This document shows, one piece after another, positions 46,178 through 55,388 of a stretch of DNA of 64,000 nt. The number at the start of each line of letters is the position of its first letter. Position 1 is the first letter of the stretch. The notes under the pieces are model-generated. The model was not told where the DNA came from, made no database searches, and saw only the letters and a list, made by a program, of their open reading frames with translations. This DNA is from an uncultured Verrucomicrobiae bacterium (GTDB taxonomy: Bacteria > Verrucomicrobiota > Verrucomicrobiia > Palsa-1439): the NCBI GenBank assembly GCA_963812605.1, contig CAWEWF010000014.1:768001-832000 (forward strand), written 5' to 3'. Position numbers and translations under genes: made by a program.

Positions 46178-48040
46178 ATGTGTGGCATTATTGGCTACAT
46201 TGGCAAGAAACCCGCCCAAAATGTCATTCTCGAAGGCCTCCGCCGTCTCGAATATCGCGGCTATGACTCAGCGGGCCTCTGCATCATTAATAACAAAAGC
46301 GCTTTTGAACTCCGCAAGAAGAGCGGCCGCATCAACGATCTCGCTGCCGTCCTGGCCAAACAACCCGCCAAGGGCGACGCCGGCATCGGCCACACGCGCT
46401 GGGCGACACACGGACCGCCCACCGACGCCAACGCGCACCCACACCTTGACCAATCGGGCAAAATTGCGCTCGTTCATAACGGCGTCATCGAGAACCACCA
46501 GCTTCTCAAGGAACGGCTCCTCGCCAAAGGCCATACGTTCACTTCCCAGACTGACACCGAAGTGCTCGCCCACCTTGTCGGCGACCATTATGAGAAAGTC
46601 CATGCGGAGAATCCCGGCGCCAACGGATCCACACTCCCCGAGGCCGTTCGCCTCGCGCTCAAGGACGTGGTGGGCACCTACGGTATCGCCGTCGTCCACG
46701 CGGATCATCCCGACCAAATTGTCGGGGCCCGTCGTGGAAGTCCGCTCCTCGTCGGCGTGGGGCGCGACGAGAATTTTCTCGCAAGCGACGTGAGCGCCAT
46801 CATCGCCCACACACGCCGGGTGGTATATCTGAACGACTTTGAAATCGTCACGCTTTCTCGCGATGATTTTCAGGTTTCCACGATTGAGGCCGCGACGGTC
46901 AGCCCGCAAATCCGTGAAGTCGAATTCGCCGCGGAAGAGGTGGAACGCGGGAAGTTCCCGCACTTCATGCTCAAGGAGATCTTCGAGCAACCACAAGCGG
47001 TGCAAAACGCCATCCGCGGCCGTATCAGCCACGACGAAGCCACCGCCCGCCTCGGCGGCCTGAACCTGGCCCCGGGGGAATTACGGACCGTCGACCGCAT
47101 CATCTATATCGCCTGCGGCACTGCGTTGCATGCCAGCATGGTCGGTGAATACTTGATGGAAGATCTCGCGCGGATCCCGACCGAGTGCGACTACGCGAGT
47201 GAGTTCCGCTACCGCAACGCGCCGGTCGAGAAGCATACGCTGGTGTTCGCCATCAGCCAATCGGGTGAGACGATCGACACGCTGGCTGCCGTGCGCGAAT
47301 CGCGCCGTAAAGGCCACAAGACGCTCGGGATCGTCAACGTCGTCGGCTCGACCATCGCCCGCGAAGTTGACGGCGGCACGTACATGCACGCAGGGCCGGA
47401 AATCGGCGTGGCGGCGACCAAGACTTTCACGTCGCAGATTACCACGATGACCTTGCTGGCGGTGCTGATGGGACGGATGCGCCATTTGGCTTCCACGCGC
47501 GGCACGGAAATCCTGCGCGCGCTGGAGGAAATCCCGTCGAAGATGGAACGCGCGCTCAAGCAGAGCGACGCGATCGCGGCCATCGCCAAAAAGTACTGTG
47601 ACGCCAACAGCTTTCTGTTCCTCGCGCGCCAGATCAACTTCCCCATCGCGCTCGAAGGCGCGTTGAAGCTCAAGGAGATCTCGTACATCCACGCCGAGGG
47701 CTATCCCGCCGCGGAGATGAAGCACGGCCCCATTGCGCTCGTCGATCCGCGCACACCCTCGGTCTTTCTGTGTCCGAAGAACTCGGTCTACGAGAAAGTC
47801 ATGGCCAATATCGAGGAAGTGAAAGCGCGCAAGGGACCGGTGATCGTCGTGGCGACCGAAGGCGATGAGAACATCGCGAAGCGTGCCGACGATGTGATTT
47901 ACATTCCCGACACGCTGGAATGCCTGCAGCCGTTGCTCACCGTTCTGCCGCTGCAACTACTCGCCTACCACATTGCCGTCCTCCGTGGTTGCGACGTGGA
48001 TAAGCCGCGTAACCTGGCCAAGAGCGTCACGGTTGAATAG
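46178..48040 (+). CDS. glmS: Glutamine-fructose-6-phosphate aminotransferase
   Basis: MCGIIG, LEYRGYDSAG, HTRWATHG, SQSGET and DKPRNLAKSVTVE motifs. Confidence 0.99.
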   Translation: MCGIIGYIGKKPAQNVILEGLRRLEYRGYDSAGLCIINNKSAFELRKKSGRINDLAAVLAKQPAKGDAGIGHTRWATHGPPTDANAHPHLDQSGKIALVHNGVIENHQLLKERLLAKGHTFTSQTDTEVLAHLVGDHYEKVHAENPGANGSTLPEAVRLALKDVVGTYGIAVVHADHPDQIVGARRGSPLLVGVGRDENFLASDVSAIIAHTRRVVYLNDFEIVTLSRDDFQVSTIEAATVSPQIREVEFAAEEVERGKFPHFMLKEIFEQPQAVQNAIRGRISHDEATARLGGLNLAPGELRTVDRIIYIACGTALHASMVGEYLMEDLARIPTECDYASEFRYRNAPVEKHTLVFAISQSGETIDTLAAVRESRRKGHKTLGIVNVVGSTIAREVDGGTYMHAGPEIGVAATKTFTSQITTMTLLAVLMGRMRHLASTRGTEILRALEEIPSKMERALKQSDAIAAIAKKYCDANSFLFLARQINFPIALEGALKLKEISYIHAEGYPAAEMKHGPIALVDPRTPSVFLCPKNSVYEKVMANIEEVKARKGPVIVVATEGDENIAKRADDVIYIPDTLECLQPLLTVLPLQLLAYHIAVLRGCDVDKPRNLAKSVTVE

Positions 48041-48070
48041 CCACGACCGTCAAATAACGGGAATACCCGC

Positions 48071-49000
48071 TTAGACGGCGCGCGAAGCGGATGGCGAAAC
48101 GGCCCAGTTGGCGATGGGACTCGGCTTGCCGCAGTTCAGGCATTTCGTCGCGGCAAACTGCATCCCGCAATGCGGACAGTTCGCCTGCGTGACGAATGTA
48201 TCGAACGGTTTCCGGCACCGTCCGCAGATCCAGAACTCACCGGCCGGCGGTGCGGCCTTGCAGAACGGACACGCAAACTCCAAATGGTGCGGCGCCTTCT
48301 CCAACTGTCTCATGGCTCCCGCCATTTTCCACCCGCGCAGGCAGTTCATGAATATGAAAGCCGCGATCACGCCATACCAAACGGAGTGCTTCTGCAACGC
48401 CAACAGGACCACCGCCGCGGCGCCAAAAAAGCCAATGAAGGTGGCAACAGTCAGGCTGCGCGCGCGTCCCAACACAAACCACAACAGCGATTGCAAAATC
48501 TGGCCGCCATCGAGTGGATAGATCGGCAGCAGGTTAAAAACAAGGAGCACGACGTTGATCCCCCAGACCGTGGTGAGCAGGTTGTACAAATCCGGCAACG
48601 CTGCCGGCCACGCCATCGACCCGCTTAGCGACCAAATTGGAGTCAGCACGAAGAACAGGGCTACGTTCACGAGCGGTCCCGCGGCGATGCTCCACAGCAT
48701 CGCCCCCGGACGCGGCGGCGGATCCACGTAGGCCACGCCGCCGAGCGGCCACAGCACGATCTGGTTGGCCGATCCGCCCACCTGGCGGCACGCGAGCGCG
48801 TGGCCGAACTCGTGCATCGTCACGATCACAAAAAGCGCCAGGTATTCCACCACGTTCCATATCGGCGAAGAGTAGTCTCCTTTCCGGTATTCGATTTCGA
48901 TGGCGGCCACCAGAAACCACGACCAATGCAGGTACACATCAATCCCCACAATGTGGAAGAGCCGAAAGGCGCCTTGTTTGGTGGGTAACATCTGCCTCAT
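48071..49000 (-). CDS. Site-2 (M50) intramembrane metalloprotease with C-terminal 4xCxxC zinc-ribbon
   Basis: HEFGH, AGPLVN and NLLPIYPLDGG motifs; CPFC, CGRC, CPHC and CLNC at the C-terminus. Confidence 0.9.
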   Translation of the reverse strand: MRQMLPTKQGAFRLFHIVGIDVYLHWSWFLVAAIEIEYRKGDYSSPIWNVVEYLALFVIVTMHEFGHALACRQVGGSANQIVLWPLGGVAYVDPPPRPGAMLWSIAAGPLVNVALFFVLTPIWSLSGSMAWPAALPDLYNLLTTVWGINVVLLVFNLLPIYPLDGGQILQSLLWFVLGRARSLTVATFIGFFGAAAVVLLALQKHSVWYGVIAAFIFMNCLRGWKMAGAMRQLEKAPHHLEFACPFCKAAPPAGEFWICGRCRKPFDTFVTQANCPHCGMQFAATKCLNCGKPSPIANWAVSPSASRAV

Positions 49001-49276
49001 TTATCGCACGCCCCGGAGCAAACACAAGCGATTTGGCGCGGCACGTTGCATTCGCGAGTCCCGAAACCTTGTCGCTCTGGCATTATGAGCAAGCGCGGGT
49101 ACTGGAGGCCGCTTGTCGTGCAGAGGCGAATCGCTCTGGTTGCGACGAGCAGATACGGACCGCAATCGCTAGGGTGACTGGAATTCTAATCCGGTGATAG
49201 GGCGGTGACGCACTGCGGATGCGATTTCAGGCATTCCGATTGAATCGCCGTACGGCCTCCGATAGGATGTCCGCTT

Positions 49277-49840
49277 ATGAGTGATCGACGCCCCCTCACA
49301 AAAGTCCAATGGGTTGTGGTCGTCGCTGCGGTTTGCGCGATCCTCATCAGTCTCAGCAAATGTTCCACATCAAATACGTCTTCGTCCCATTCCGTGTTTA
49401 GCGTGCCGGCCCCGAAGAGCACGACCCCGCGGCGGGAGATCAGTCCGGAGCAACGCGAAAAGATCAAGGCGCTCCTCGCACCCTATGCCGGCTCCAAAAT
49501 CACCACGATTTCCACTGCCAGTGACGAGGAAAGCCAGGCGTTTGGCGCGCAGTTGGATGCCATCTTCCGTGAAGCGGGATGGCAAGCCGATGTCCAGACC
49601 AACATGACTGTCGGGTCCCCACCGAGCATATTCCTCCGGGTGCCAAAGTCACACATACCGGAATCCAAGGTGAAGGAATTCTCACATTCCGCGACGGACG
49701 TTACGCTCACGGCTGCTGACCTGCCACCGCAGGACCTCGCCATCCTCAAAGCCTTCCGCGTTCTCGACATGGATTGCCCCCTGGAAACGATGGATGGTTC
49801 GAAGGACCACGTGGAATTGCGGGTCGGCAGCCGACCGTAG
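49277..49840 (+). CDS. Hypothetical membrane-anchored or exported protein
   Basis: 187-aa ORF with an N-terminal hydrophobic helix; TTGAAT-N17-TAGGAT promoter 8 nt upstream. Confidence 0.65.
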   Translation: MSDRRPLTKVQWVVVVAAVCAILISLSKCSTSNTSSSHSVFSVPAPKSTTPRREISPEQREKIKALLAPYAGSKITTISTASDEESQAFGAQLDAIFREAGWQADVQTNMTVGSPPSIFLRVPKSHIPESKVKEFSHSATDVTLTAADLPPQDLAILKAFRVLDMDCPLETMDGSKDHVELRVGSRP

Positions 49841-49861
49841 AAGCAGTCTCCTAAACCTTTG

Positions 49862-49887
49862 GTGGCACAGGCGTCCCTGCCTGTGTC
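49862..49887. repeat. REP-like palindrome or hairpin
   Basis: GGCACAGGC-GTCCCT-GCCTGTGTC inverted repeat just downstream of a gene. Confidence 0.45.
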
Positions 49888-49992
49888 GATGGTTTCAGAC
49901 GGTCCGGCACCGCTGCCATTGTACCTCGGACTGGAAGAGAATTCGGTTGCGTGACCGTCAGCTCGTGGATATTGTTGGTGCGCACTTCGGGT

Positions 49993-50076
49993 GCCGACGT
50001 GGCGGAACTGGCAGACGCGCTGGACTCAAAATCCAGTGCCCGCAAGGGCGTGTGGGTTCGATTCCCTCCGTCGGTA
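49993..50076 (+). tRNA. tRNA-Leu (CAA)
   Basis: GCCGACG/CGTCGGT acceptor stem; CTGGA-CTCAAAA-TCCAG anticodon arm; long variable arm GCCC-GCAA-GGGC; CCA not encoded directly after the discriminator. Confidence 0.96.
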
Positions 50077-50088
50077 AACCACCTCCTT

Positions 50089-50120
50089 TAGGGTACGAGA
50101 CGCTGCGCTCTCGTGCTCTA
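50089..50120 (+). terminator. Hairpin downstream of tRNA-Leu
   Basis: 12-bp stem TAGGGTACGAGA/TCTCGTGCTCTA with G-U pairs on the + strand; no U tract. Confidence 0.4.
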
Positions 50121-50137
50121 GCGAACGAAGCAGCAGC

Positions 50138-50392
50138 GCGGCCTACGAGCGCAGCCGCTTGTCTCAATCACTCGCTGATCCTGGCAAACGACAGCCAGGA
50201 ACGCTCGCTTCTCTGTCTCTTTCCAACACCTGTCTTCCGCGATTACCTCCACACTATGGGCAAGCGGCTCCGCTCTCCAGCCACTTGACCATCTAATAAA
50301 GGCTTACCGGAGACGCTCGCTAGCGCCTTGCTGGCTCTCTCTCTCGCCTAAGTCACCTTCTGTCCTGTTGACACATTAAGCTCCTCTCGGTG
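50138..50392 (-). ncRNA. Candidate structured non-coding RNA (family unknown)
   Basis: TTGACA-N15-(TG)TACAAT promoter at 50398-50424; several nested stems whose G-U pairs work only on the - strand; no long ORF on that strand. Confidence 0.4.
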
Positions 50393-50432
50393 ACCCCATT
50401 GTAACACGGCACCCCTCTTGTCAAGGTAGTGC

Positions 50433-50493
50433 TGCCTCACCGCGTGGGTTCTTTATAGCTTGGGCCGTTGTGACGATGCCGCTGACAAATCCG
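50433..50493 (+). repeat. 61-bp direct repeat, copy 1
   Basis: 58/61 identical to 51285-51345. Confidence 0.9.
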
Positions 50494-50509
50494 TGACAGA
50501 TTTGGTGGT

Positions 50510-50809
50510 CTATACCAGCGCTTCGTCGGGCTGCCAACGCTTCACTTGGATCTGATTGCTACGCAACCGTGCCTGAGCAGCGTCATAGCCAGCCTGCATT
50601 TTAAGCAGCAAGTCCATACTGACACCAAAAGCCTTTTCCAAGCGTAGCGCCATTTCAGGAGAAACAGCGGCCTTGCCGTGGGTGACATCCGAGAGCGTTG
50701 CGCGGCGTACACCAAGAATAGCAGCGGCACGGGTGACGGTCAGGCCCAGTGCCTCAATAATATCTTCCCGTATGGTTTCACCCGGATGGGGTGGGTTTTT
50801 CATGGTCAT
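50510..50809 (-). CDS. higA: HigA family antitoxin (Xre HTH)
   Basis: PPHPGE, LGV.R.TLS....GK.AVSPEMALRL.KAFG.S....L.MQ..YD; AGGAAAGG SD. Confidence 0.92.
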   Translation of the reverse strand: MTMKNPPHPGETIREDIIEALGLTVTRAAAILGVRRATLSDVTHGKAAVSPEMALRLEKAFGVSMDLLLKMQAGYDAAQARLRSNQIQVKRWQPDEALV

Positions 50810-50822
50810 AGTACCTTTCCTT

Positions 50823-51107
50823 TCAATGATAGTCTTCAAAATCCACATTCGTAACGGCAGTGCCGTCCAGCCTGAACGTGATCCGCCAATTGCCTGTCAC
50901 CGTAATACTGTATTCGCCTTTGCGACTCCCCTTGAGCGGATGCAGTTTCCACCCCGGCATGGTCGCTATCTGTCTCAGATTATCGGCAAATTCCAGCGCC
51001 GCAAGAATTCGCTTAATCTTCGCCGCGGACTGGGCCGGCACGCCGTGCGCATCATCCTCTTGATACAGCGCCTTCAGTCCCTTGTGCCGGAACTTTCTGA
51101 TCAGCAT
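50823..51107 (-). CDS. higB: HigB (RelE-like) toxin
   Basis: I..FRHKGLK.LY, PGWKLHPLKG...G.YSI.V.GNWRITF and DFEDYH motifs. Confidence 0.92.
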   Translation of the reverse strand: MLIRKFRHKGLKALYQEDDAHGVPAQSAAKIKRILAALEFADNLRQIATMPGWKLHPLKGSRKGEYSITVTGNWRITFRLDGTAVTNVDFEDYH

Positions 51108-51112
51108 GCCTG

Positions 51113-51141
51113 AGCGTACGGCATAACCGTACACATGTCAA
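51113..51141 (-). promoter_or_regulatory. higBA promoter with palindromic operator
   Basis: TTGACA-N17-TACGCT ending 5 nt before the ATG; palindrome GTACGG-N5-CCGTAC at 51116-51132. Confidence 0.75.
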
Positions 51142-51284
51142 GCGCTGTTTTGCATACAAAGCAGGAGCGGCAGCCGACGGAACCTGATGAAGGTATTGCG
51201 GGGTGAATCGCCGTACCGGGATGCGCCTCGACAGAGCGGGGCGGCTACACCACACTCCATTCTCTTCCGTGCTTCCAAATGCCT

Positions 51285-51345
51285 TGCCTCACCGCGTGGG
51301 TTCTTTGTAGCTTGGGCCATTGTGACGATGCCGCTGACGAATCCG
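51285..51345 (+). repeat. 61-bp direct repeat, copy 2 (upstream region and first 6 codons of the RDD gene)
   Basis: 58/61 identical to 50433-50493. Confidence 0.9.
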
Positions 51346-52164
51346 GAAGCTCCTGCGTTTCACGAAACGGTGGAAACTCCCGAGCAGGTCCGCTTGCACC
51401 TGGAACTGGCGGGGCTGGGGACCCGTAGCATCGCGTACATCCTCGATACCCTTCTCCGTTACGGCATCCTCCTCGCGATCATCGTCGCGATCATTCTCAT
51501 TCTCGACGCGATGCAGCTTCATTGGGAAGACATTGGCGATCGATTCGGCGCGCACTTTTTCGCGATTTTCCTCACCCTGCTCTATTTCTTCATGGAATGG
51601 GGATACTTCGCCACGTTTGAGTGGCTTTGGACCGGTCAGACGCCGGGCAAACGCGCCGCGCGCATCCGCGTGCTCAAGGACGGCGGCGGGCCGGTCTCGT
51701 TCCTCGATGCCGCCTTGCGCAATCTGGTCCGCATCGTGGACAGTTCGGGCCCGATGGCCGCAATCGGCATGCTGTTCATTTTCTTCAACAAGAAAAACAA
51801 ACGGCCGGGCGACCTGTTGGCGCGCACCATCGTCGTGCGCGAACATCCCAAGACGTTGACGCAACTGCTGGCGGTGTCCGACATCCCGCCGCGCGCCGCG
51901 GATGACCCGTTTGCCGACCTCATTCAGCGCATCGCACTGACCAGCGATCAACACGATTTGATCACGCGGTACCTGCAGCGTCGGAACCAACTGGATACTG
52001 CAACCCGGACGCGCTTGTCCCGGCAGATTGTGGATACCATTCTCGGCCCGGTCCGCTTGCAACCAAACTCCGCGCATCTCAACTTCCCGCAGGAAGCCGA
52101 CTACGAGCGCTTCCTGCAAAGTTTGGTCTCCGCGCAGACCGGTCCGCCGTCATCAAAGCCATGA
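51328..52164 (+). CDS. RDD family membrane protein
   Basis: ETPEQV.L..ELAGLG.R..A..LD, GQTPGKR...IRV, RN..R.VD and R.GDL.A.T.VV motifs. Confidence 0.92.
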   Translation: MPLTNPEAPAFHETVETPEQVRLHLELAGLGTRSIAYILDTLLRYGILLAIIVAIILILDAMQLHWEDIGDRFGAHFFAIFLTLLYFFMEWGYFATFEWLWTGQTPGKRAARIRVLKDGGGPVSFLDAALRNLVRIVDSSGPMAAIGMLFIFFNKKNKRPGDLLARTIVVREHPKTLTQLLAVSDIPPRAADDPFADLIQRIALTSDQHDLITRYLQRRNQLDTATRTRLSRQIVDTILGPVRLQPNSAHLNFPQEADYERFLQSLVSAQTGPPSSKP

Positions 52165-53141
52165 CACCCACCCAATTCATCCACAACCGCAAGGAACACT
52201 GGCAGCAACTGGAGTCGCTGCTGGTAAAAACGGAGCGGCGCCGCCTGCGCGCCCTGACGCGCGCGGAACTCAAGCGTCTCGGCCAGCTCTATCGCATCCT
52301 GACCACCGACCTCGCGTATGCGCAGACAAATTTCCCGCAATCCGATGTCGTCCTGACGCTGAACCAACTGGCCTCACGCACCCATCCGTACGTCTATCGT
52401 GGCGAGTCCTTCACCTTCGCCGGTGTGCTCCGGTTTTTCCGCGTCGATCTCCCGCAAACCTTTCGCGCCAACGTCCATTACTTCGCGCTTTCCGCGACGA
52501 TCTTCCTGGTGGCCGGCGCGCTGGGCGCCATCGCCGTCCTCTTCAACGAAGAGGCCGCGGGCATCGTCATCTCCCCGGCGATGATTGATTACATCCACCG
52601 CCACGAGATGTGGACAAACCATCTCTTCAGCGTCGTCCCCTCTTCCGTCGCCTCGACCGCGATCTTTACGAACAATATTTCGGTCGCCTTCTCAGCGTTT
52701 GCGCTCGGCCTCACCTTTGGTATCGGGACCTGTTATGTGATTGTGGTCAATGGTCTCATGTTGGGATGCATCATGATGCTTTGTGCCCGTTACGGCATGC
52801 TCGGTCCGCTGCTCGAATTTATCACCGCCCACGGCGTGGTGGAGATTTCAACGATTCTGATCGCCGGCGCGGCGGGCTTGATGGTGGGCACGGCCCTGCT
52901 CAATCCCGGCGATCATACCCGCCGCGATGCCCTGGCCGTGCGCGGCGCGGATGCCGTGAAACTCGTGCTCGGTATCGCGCCCATTCTCGTGGTGATCGGT
53001 CTGGTGGAAGGCTTCATTTCGCCGCAGCCCGCCATTCCCGCGGAATTGAAAATGGCGCTGGGCCTTTTCCTCGGCGCGTTGCTGTATTTGCACTTGTTCC
53101 TGTCGGGCCGCAAACCGTCTACAGCAAACCGCGTTTCTTGA
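52161..53141 (+). CDS. Stage II sporulation protein M-like (DUF95) membrane protein
   Basis: W..LE.L...LY.....DLA, IFTNNI, NG..LG, HG..E and EGFISP motifs. Confidence 0.9.
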   Translation: MTPTQFIHNRKEHWQQLESLLVKTERRRLRALTRAELKRLGQLYRILTTDLAYAQTNFPQSDVVLTLNQLASRTHPYVYRGESFTFAGVLRFFRVDLPQTFRANVHYFALSATIFLVAGALGAIAVLFNEEAAGIVISPAMIDYIHRHEMWTNHLFSVVPSSVASTAIFTNNISVAFSAFALGLTFGIGTCYVIVVNGLMLGCIMMLCARYGMLGPLLEFITAHGVVEISTILIAGAAGLMVGTALLNPGDHTRRDALAVRGADAVKLVLGIAPILVVIGLVEGFISPQPAIPAELKMALGLFLGALLYLHLFLSGRKPSTANRVS

Positions 53142-54429
53142 CCTCAAGGTAACGGTTGATCGTGGCCGTGGTCAGCGCGTTGGCGGGGACATTAACGGTG
53201 AGCGCGCCGTGGCGTTCCAGAAGATGGACGGCATTACGGTAATCTTCCCACAATTCAACCGCCGCCACGAGACGGAATGCTTCCGCGGCTTCCACGGGTG
53301 TTTGGGACTGCGCCGCCAACAGGTCCGAATCGCTGATGGTCACGCAGACAGGCAAATGCCGCGGTCGCAAATACAACATCCCGCCCAGCAACGAGCGCGA
53401 TGCTTCCGCGTCCACCAGGTCGGTGAAACACACCATCAAGGTGCGCCGCGAGTTTTTTCGGGCCAAAAAGGAAAATGCGAGCGAGTAATCCGATTCCAGC
53501 CGCACGGGTTGCGCGCGATGCAGCGCCTCGACGATCCGGCCCAATTGCTCGCGGCCTTTGTCGGGCGGCAGATAGGCGACTACGCGATTGGCGAAGAGCA
53601 GCAGCCCCACCAAATCTCCCTTCAAGAGCGCGATCTGCGCCAGCAGCGCCGCGGCATTGGCCACGTAATCCAGTTTGGTGAAATCGCCCACCTTCGCACC
53701 CATCAATCGTCCCGTGTCGATCGCCAGAACCACGCGCTGGTTGCGTTCCGTCTCATATTCCCGCGTCGTGAGCCGGTTGCGCCGCGCCGTCGCCTTCCAA
53801 TCAATCGTGCGGTAATCATCGTCTCGCACGTAATCGCGCAGCGACTCGAATTCCGTCCCTTCCCCCAATAGACGCGACAGTTTCAACCCGCCGGGCAGCG
53901 TCGACGCATGGGCCAACGCCAACTCCGTCTGCGAGAGCTGTTTGATGTTGGGATAAACCTTCACTTCCGTTGGCGCGGGCGCTCGAAATTGCGCCCGTGT
54001 CAACCCCAACGCACCGTTCACGCGATAGAATACATCCCCAAACGCAAAGACGCCGCGGAACGTCGGCCGAATCGGATAGTGGTGTTTGGCACCGGTCATG
54101 GGCAGCAACTTCAAGGCGGCTTCGCGTCCAACTGCCCGGAAATGTATCGGCGGGGAATCTTTCACCATTAGCCGGGCCGCGCGCCGTGAGAGGTTGCGGA
54201 TGTGCAGCGTAACCTCCTGGCGCACCCCGAGTGAAAGCACGCGGGGACAGCTTCGCTCGATCTGGATTCCGCGTCGCGGGATCGTCCCGAAATAATCGTA
54301 CGCGGCCAGGCCCAGCAGTACGGCGTCGTAGGCCAGCGCCATCCCAAAAAATCGCGGCACAAAACCGCCCAGCATCATCGGCACCAAGCCAAGCCCCAAC
54401 AGATACAGAAATCGCGTCGTGAAACTCAT
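53119..54429 (-). CDS. DUF58 (vWA-like) protein
   Basis: EFESLRDY..DDDYR.IDWKATAR, DTGR.M and TDL motifs; N-terminal TM helices. Confidence 0.92.
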   Translation of the reverse strand: MSFTTRFLYLLGLGLVPMMLGGFVPRFFGMALAYDAVLLGLAAYDYFGTIPRRGIQIERSCPRVLSLGVRQEVTLHIRNLSRRAARLMVKDSPPIHFRAVGREAALKLLPMTGAKHHYPIRPTFRGVFAFGDVFYRVNGALGLTRAQFRAPAPTEVKVYPNIKQLSQTELALAHASTLPGGLKLSRLLGEGTEFESLRDYVRDDDYRTIDWKATARRNRLTTREYETERNQRVVLAIDTGRLMGAKVGDFTKLDYVANAAALLAQIALLKGDLVGLLLFANRVVAYLPPDKGREQLGRIVEALHRAQPVRLESDYSLAFSFLARKNSRRTLMVCFTDLVDAEASRSLLGGMLYLRPRHLPVCVTISDSDLLAAQSQTPVEAAEAFRLVAAVELWEDYRNAVHLLERHGALTVNVPANALTTATINRYLEVKKRGLL

Positions 54430-55388
54430 CGCGGCACGGGCACTTCTCCCAGCACCTGCGCCACCACGCTGTCCGCCGTGTGCCCTTCAATCTCCGCTTC
54501 CGGTCGCAGGATCAAACGGTGTCGCAACACCGCCGCAGCCAGTTCCTTCACGTCGTCAGGCGTCACAAAATCGCGCCCGCGCAGCGCCGCCAGCACCTTC
54601 GCCGATTGCAGCAGCGCCAGCGAAGCGCGCGGACTGGCTCCCAGCGATAACCGCTGCGAGGCGCGTGTCGCGGCCACAACCTGCACGATGTACTGGATAA
54701 TCTCCTCTTTCACGAGGATTGCCTCCGCGATTTTGCGCGTCGCGGCAATCGAGTCGGCGGTCATGACCGTCTTGACGCCGAGTTGCTGCAACGAGTGAAG
54801 CTGAAAACCCGAGTGATACCGTCGCAGGATCTCGCATTCCTCTTCCGCCTCCGGATAATGAATGGCGATCTTCATCAGGAACCGATCCACCTGCGCCTCC
54901 GCCAGCGGGAACGTGCCCTCGTATTCGACCGGGTTCTGCGTCGCGACCACGAAGAAGTTTGCCGGCAGCGGATGGAGCACCCCGTCCACCGTCACCTGCC
55001 GTTCCTCCATGGCCTCCAGCAGCGCGGCCTGGGTCTTCGGCGGCGTGCGGTTGATTTCGTCAACCAGCACAATATCGGCAAAAATCGGCCCCGCGACAAA
55101 AGCGAAGGTCCGGGTCTGCAAGTCGAAGACGTTCGTGCCGATGATATCCGAAGGCATGAGGTCGGGCGTGAACTGGATGCGCTTGAAGGTGCTACTGAGT
55201 GTATGCGCCAGCGCCTTGGCGAAAAGGGTCTTGGCCAGACCGGGCACGCCCTCAATCAACACATGCCCGCCCGCCAGAAAGGCCACAATTGCCTGCTCCA
55301 TGACCGCGCGCTGACCGACAATGACCTTCTGCAGTTCCCCGATCAACTGTTCAAAGGTCTCGGGAATCGATCCGCTGGTTCCGTTCAT
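54426..55388 (-). CDS. MoxR family AAA+ ATPase
   Basis: EGVPGLAKT, RIQFTPDLMPSD, DEINR, ATQNPVEYEGTFPL.EAQ.DRF and SPRA motifs. Confidence 0.96.
   Translation of the reverse strand: MNGTSGSIPETFEQLIGELQKVIVGQRAVMEQAIVAFLAGGHVLIEGVPGLAKTLFAKALAHTLSSTFKRIQFTPDLMPSDIIGTNVFDLQTRTFAFVAGPIFADIVLVDEINRTPPKTQAALLEAMEERQVTVDGVLHPLPANFFVVATQNPVEYEGTFPLAEAQVDRFLMKIAIHYPEAEEECEILRRYHSGFQLHSLQQLGVKTVMTADSIAATRKIAEAILVKEEIIQYIVQVVAATRASQRLSLGASPRASLALLQSAKVLAALRGRDFVTPDDVKELAAAVLRHRLILRPEAEIEGHTADSVVAQVLGEVPVPR

Noticed and set aside
49085-49177. 30-codon ORF (MSKRGYWRP...) in an intergenic region
   Set aside because: No SD, promoter or recognisable motif supports it
50060-51350. Integrative element using tRNA-Leu as attB
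   Set aside because: No integrase, and I could not see a duplicate of the tRNA 3' end downstream
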